From NCBI RefSeq assembly GCF_030684315.1, contig NC_081366.1:23255410-23319409 (forward strand): 64,000 bases of DNA, written 5' to 3'. Shown here piece by piece: positions 61,875 through 64,000 of this stretch. The notes under the pieces were generated by a model. It was given only the letters and a program-made list of their open reading frames with translations, did not search any database and had not been told where the DNA came from. The position numbers were made by a program, and so were the translations under genes. Position 1 is the stretch's first letter. The number at the start of each line of letters is the position of its first letter. This DNA comes from Stegostoma tigrinum (Eukaryota).

Positions 61875-62086
61875 ACAAGGGCAGCACCAAGGTTCAGCAA
61901 AGTGAATCTGAAGATGATATTCTGCTGAGCAACAAGAATATTTTCTTTCTCATGTCCATAGGAAACAAGGCTGCTGTTTGAAACAGGCAGAGGTGGCCAA
62001 AGGTTGCTAAAGAGGTCAGCAAGTTGCGGAGTGGGACCTCACTCCAGAAAATGTTCAATTATCTAATCAGGGCAGGAAAAATGAGT
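61875..62086 (+). mobile_element. PIF/Harbinger Myb/SANT-like DNA-binding protein relic
   Basis: RAAPRFSKVNLKMI ... RWPKVAKEVS...LQKMFNYLIRAGK fits the RxPRFS...W..VA..VS....KKFNDL pattern; in-frame stops present. Confidence 0.6.
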
Positions 62087-63160
62087 GACAAGACACAGTT
62101 GATTACAAACTCCCTCAATGCCTTGCATATTTCCTCTTCCACTTCTTGCTGTATGGGTGCACCCATCTTTCTCTCTCTGCTGAAGTACTAAACATTCCCA
62201 TCTGACACAGTCCCTTTATAAGGAAGCATTTATTTGTCCTCCAGTAAAGGCAACAAAAGTTCATGAGAATGGTCCCAAGGATAGGAGGATTGGTTCCTGT
62301 GGTGAGGTATTATTCTAGTAAGAGAACTTGAGTAATCTTGGCTTGCATTCTCTGGGGTTCAGAAGAATGAGAGATTAATTACTCATTTTCTTGGTCTTAG
62401 ACCAGCAGATGGTTAAGAAGGAAGTTGCTGCTATAATTATAAAAGCAAAATACATGGAACTATTGTAGTGCAGTGGCAATATCCCCACCGCTGAGCCAGC
62501 AGACCTGGGTTCAAGTTCCATCTGCTGCAGTGGGTGTAAAAACATCTCTGAACAGGTTGATTCGAAAATATCTAAAAGCAAAATATGGTGGATGCTGGAA
62601 ATTCAAAAGAAAAGCTAACAGCGATGGAGAAACTCAGCAGGCCTGGTAGGATCTGTAAAGGGAGGGAGAGCAGAGTTAGTGTTCCTCCACAGATGCTGCC
62701 AGAGGTGCGGAGTTTCTCCAGTTCTTTCCGTTTTTATTGTTGATGTTGCCACTGTTCCTCCTGTTCCCCATCTGTGGTCCAAGGGACCACTGCATAATGG
62801 AGTCCTATGAAATAAGAGGCTAGAAACTCCTAGAAGTGACCTGCAGTGTTGGAAATCGACGGAAAGCACACTTATGCTTACAGCAAAAGACCTTGAGCAA
62901 AGGTCTTTTACTTGGTCAAGGAGCCAATACCAGACCTCAGTATTTAAAATAAATCCAGTCCATTTGGCTGCCCAGGCCCATTAAGTCCCACTGTCCTTTC
63001 ATTTTAACTTCACTGTCCAGTTCCAAGAACCCAGGATTTAGCTAAAGGTCTAAATCCAGGGTTAAAGTAGTAGCCAAAGAGCAATTTAAATAATTAAATA
63101 ACAGAGTTGCTCATGCTAAAGGGATTCACCGTCCCCCCCCCTCTACAAGGCCGATGCTAA

Positions 63161-63576
63161 CCAGACCAGCTCTTCCCCCCCACCCACTGCATCCCAAAAC
63201 CAGTCCAACCTGTCTCTGCCTCCCTAACCGGTTCTTCCTCTCACCCATCCCTTCCTCCCACCCCAAGCCGCACCCCCAGCTACCTACTAACCTCATCCCA
63301 CCTCCTTGACCTGTCGGTCTTCCCTGGACTGACCTATCCCCTCCTACCTCCCCACCTACACTCTCTCCACCTATCTTCTTTACTCTCCATCTTCGGTCCG
63401 CCTCCCCCTCTCTCCCTATTTATTCCAGTTCCCTCCCCCCATCCCCCTCTCTGATGAAGGGTCTCGGCCCGAAACGTCAGCTTTTGTGCTCCTGAGATGC
63501 TGCTTGGCCTGCTGTGTTCATCCAGCCTCACATTTTATTATCTTGGAATCTCCAGCATCTGCAGTTCCCATTATCT
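63161..63576 (+). mobile_element. Young Penelope 3' terminal region with 10-bp TSD
   Basis: Colinear with 46720-47055 and the reverse complement of 44505-45060; TSD ccgatgctaa at 63151-63160 and 63577-63586. Confidence 0.9.
63451..63480 (+). ncRNA. Minimal type-I hammerhead ribozyme motif (Penelope-associated), intact core
   Basis: CUGAUGA-A-GGGU(CUCG)GCCC-GAAA-C-GUC|AG; predicted cleavage after C63478; palindromic ACGU stem III typical of PLE minimal hammerheads. Confidence 0.75.
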
Positions 63577-63589
63577 CCGATGCTAAAGA

Positions 63590-64000
63590 TTTGCAGGTTT
63601 CCCTTCCCAGGCGCTCCAAACCAACCCGCTGAGAAATCTAATCAGCGTCTCAGACTGAACTATCCACTCTGTGCCTTTCCCACTCCGGATGCACGTGTTA
63701 CGACAAGCTTGAGATAGATTCGTGCTTGCGTGTTTTTTTTAATCCAAGCCCCCATGAAGAAAAAGTTCCTGCCTCATTAGTAAAGCCAAAAGTGAGAAAA
63801 TCACGATGCGGGCAGTTCAGTCCCCTATCTGTGCCTTAACCTTCTTTGCATGCCTGTCAGACTCTCAGCAGCAGCACCAACAGTCCACACTCAGCGTCTT
63901 TTTCTTTTCTCTCTCCCGGTACTTATTTTCCAGAGGGTCGACAGAATTGCAGCGGCAGGAAACGGCAAGGAGGAGGATTGAAAGAAATAGCTTCTGCCTT
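63590..64000. promoter_or_regulatory. Edge of a CpG-rich region, possibly the start of the next gene
   Basis: CpG density rises visibly; CACGTG at 63692-63697; pyrimidine tract ending ttttccAG at ~63933. Truncated by the window. Confidence 0.4.

Overview
Eukaryotic, intron-containing, repeat-rich vertebrate DNA. The repeat families (HE1-type SINEs, CR1/L2 LINEs, Neptune-type Penelope elements) point to a shark; that is inference. Three complete spliced genes can be built by hand, all on the minus strand with GT-AG introns: LEAP2 (3 exons, 8446-9987, 80 aa), UQCRQ (2 coding exons, 26105-27921, 82 aa, plus a probable non-coding exon near 30322) and GDF9 (2 exons, 37375-39086/39113). This is the conserved GDF9-UQCRQ-LEAP2 block, but GDF9 is co-directional with UQCRQ, whereas in human the two are head-to-head. 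Most of the rest is decayed mobile DNA: CR1, L2 and RTE LINEs, SINEs, Penelope-like elements, a Gypsy integrase relic, a pogo-type DNA transposon and a Harbinger relic. Most notable observations: (1) many short Penelope-derived elements carrying minimal hammerhead ribozyme cores, often inserted as fold-back palindromes with target-site duplications and sometimes nested; (2) one such hairpin whose loop is an exact 31-nt reverse-complement copy of nearby host DNA; (3) an orphan ~60-nt copy of LEAP2 exon 2 fused to a LINE tail 5.6 kb from the gene. Gene coordinates were counted base by base. Repeat boundaries and family names are approximate and come from recognition, not database searches.
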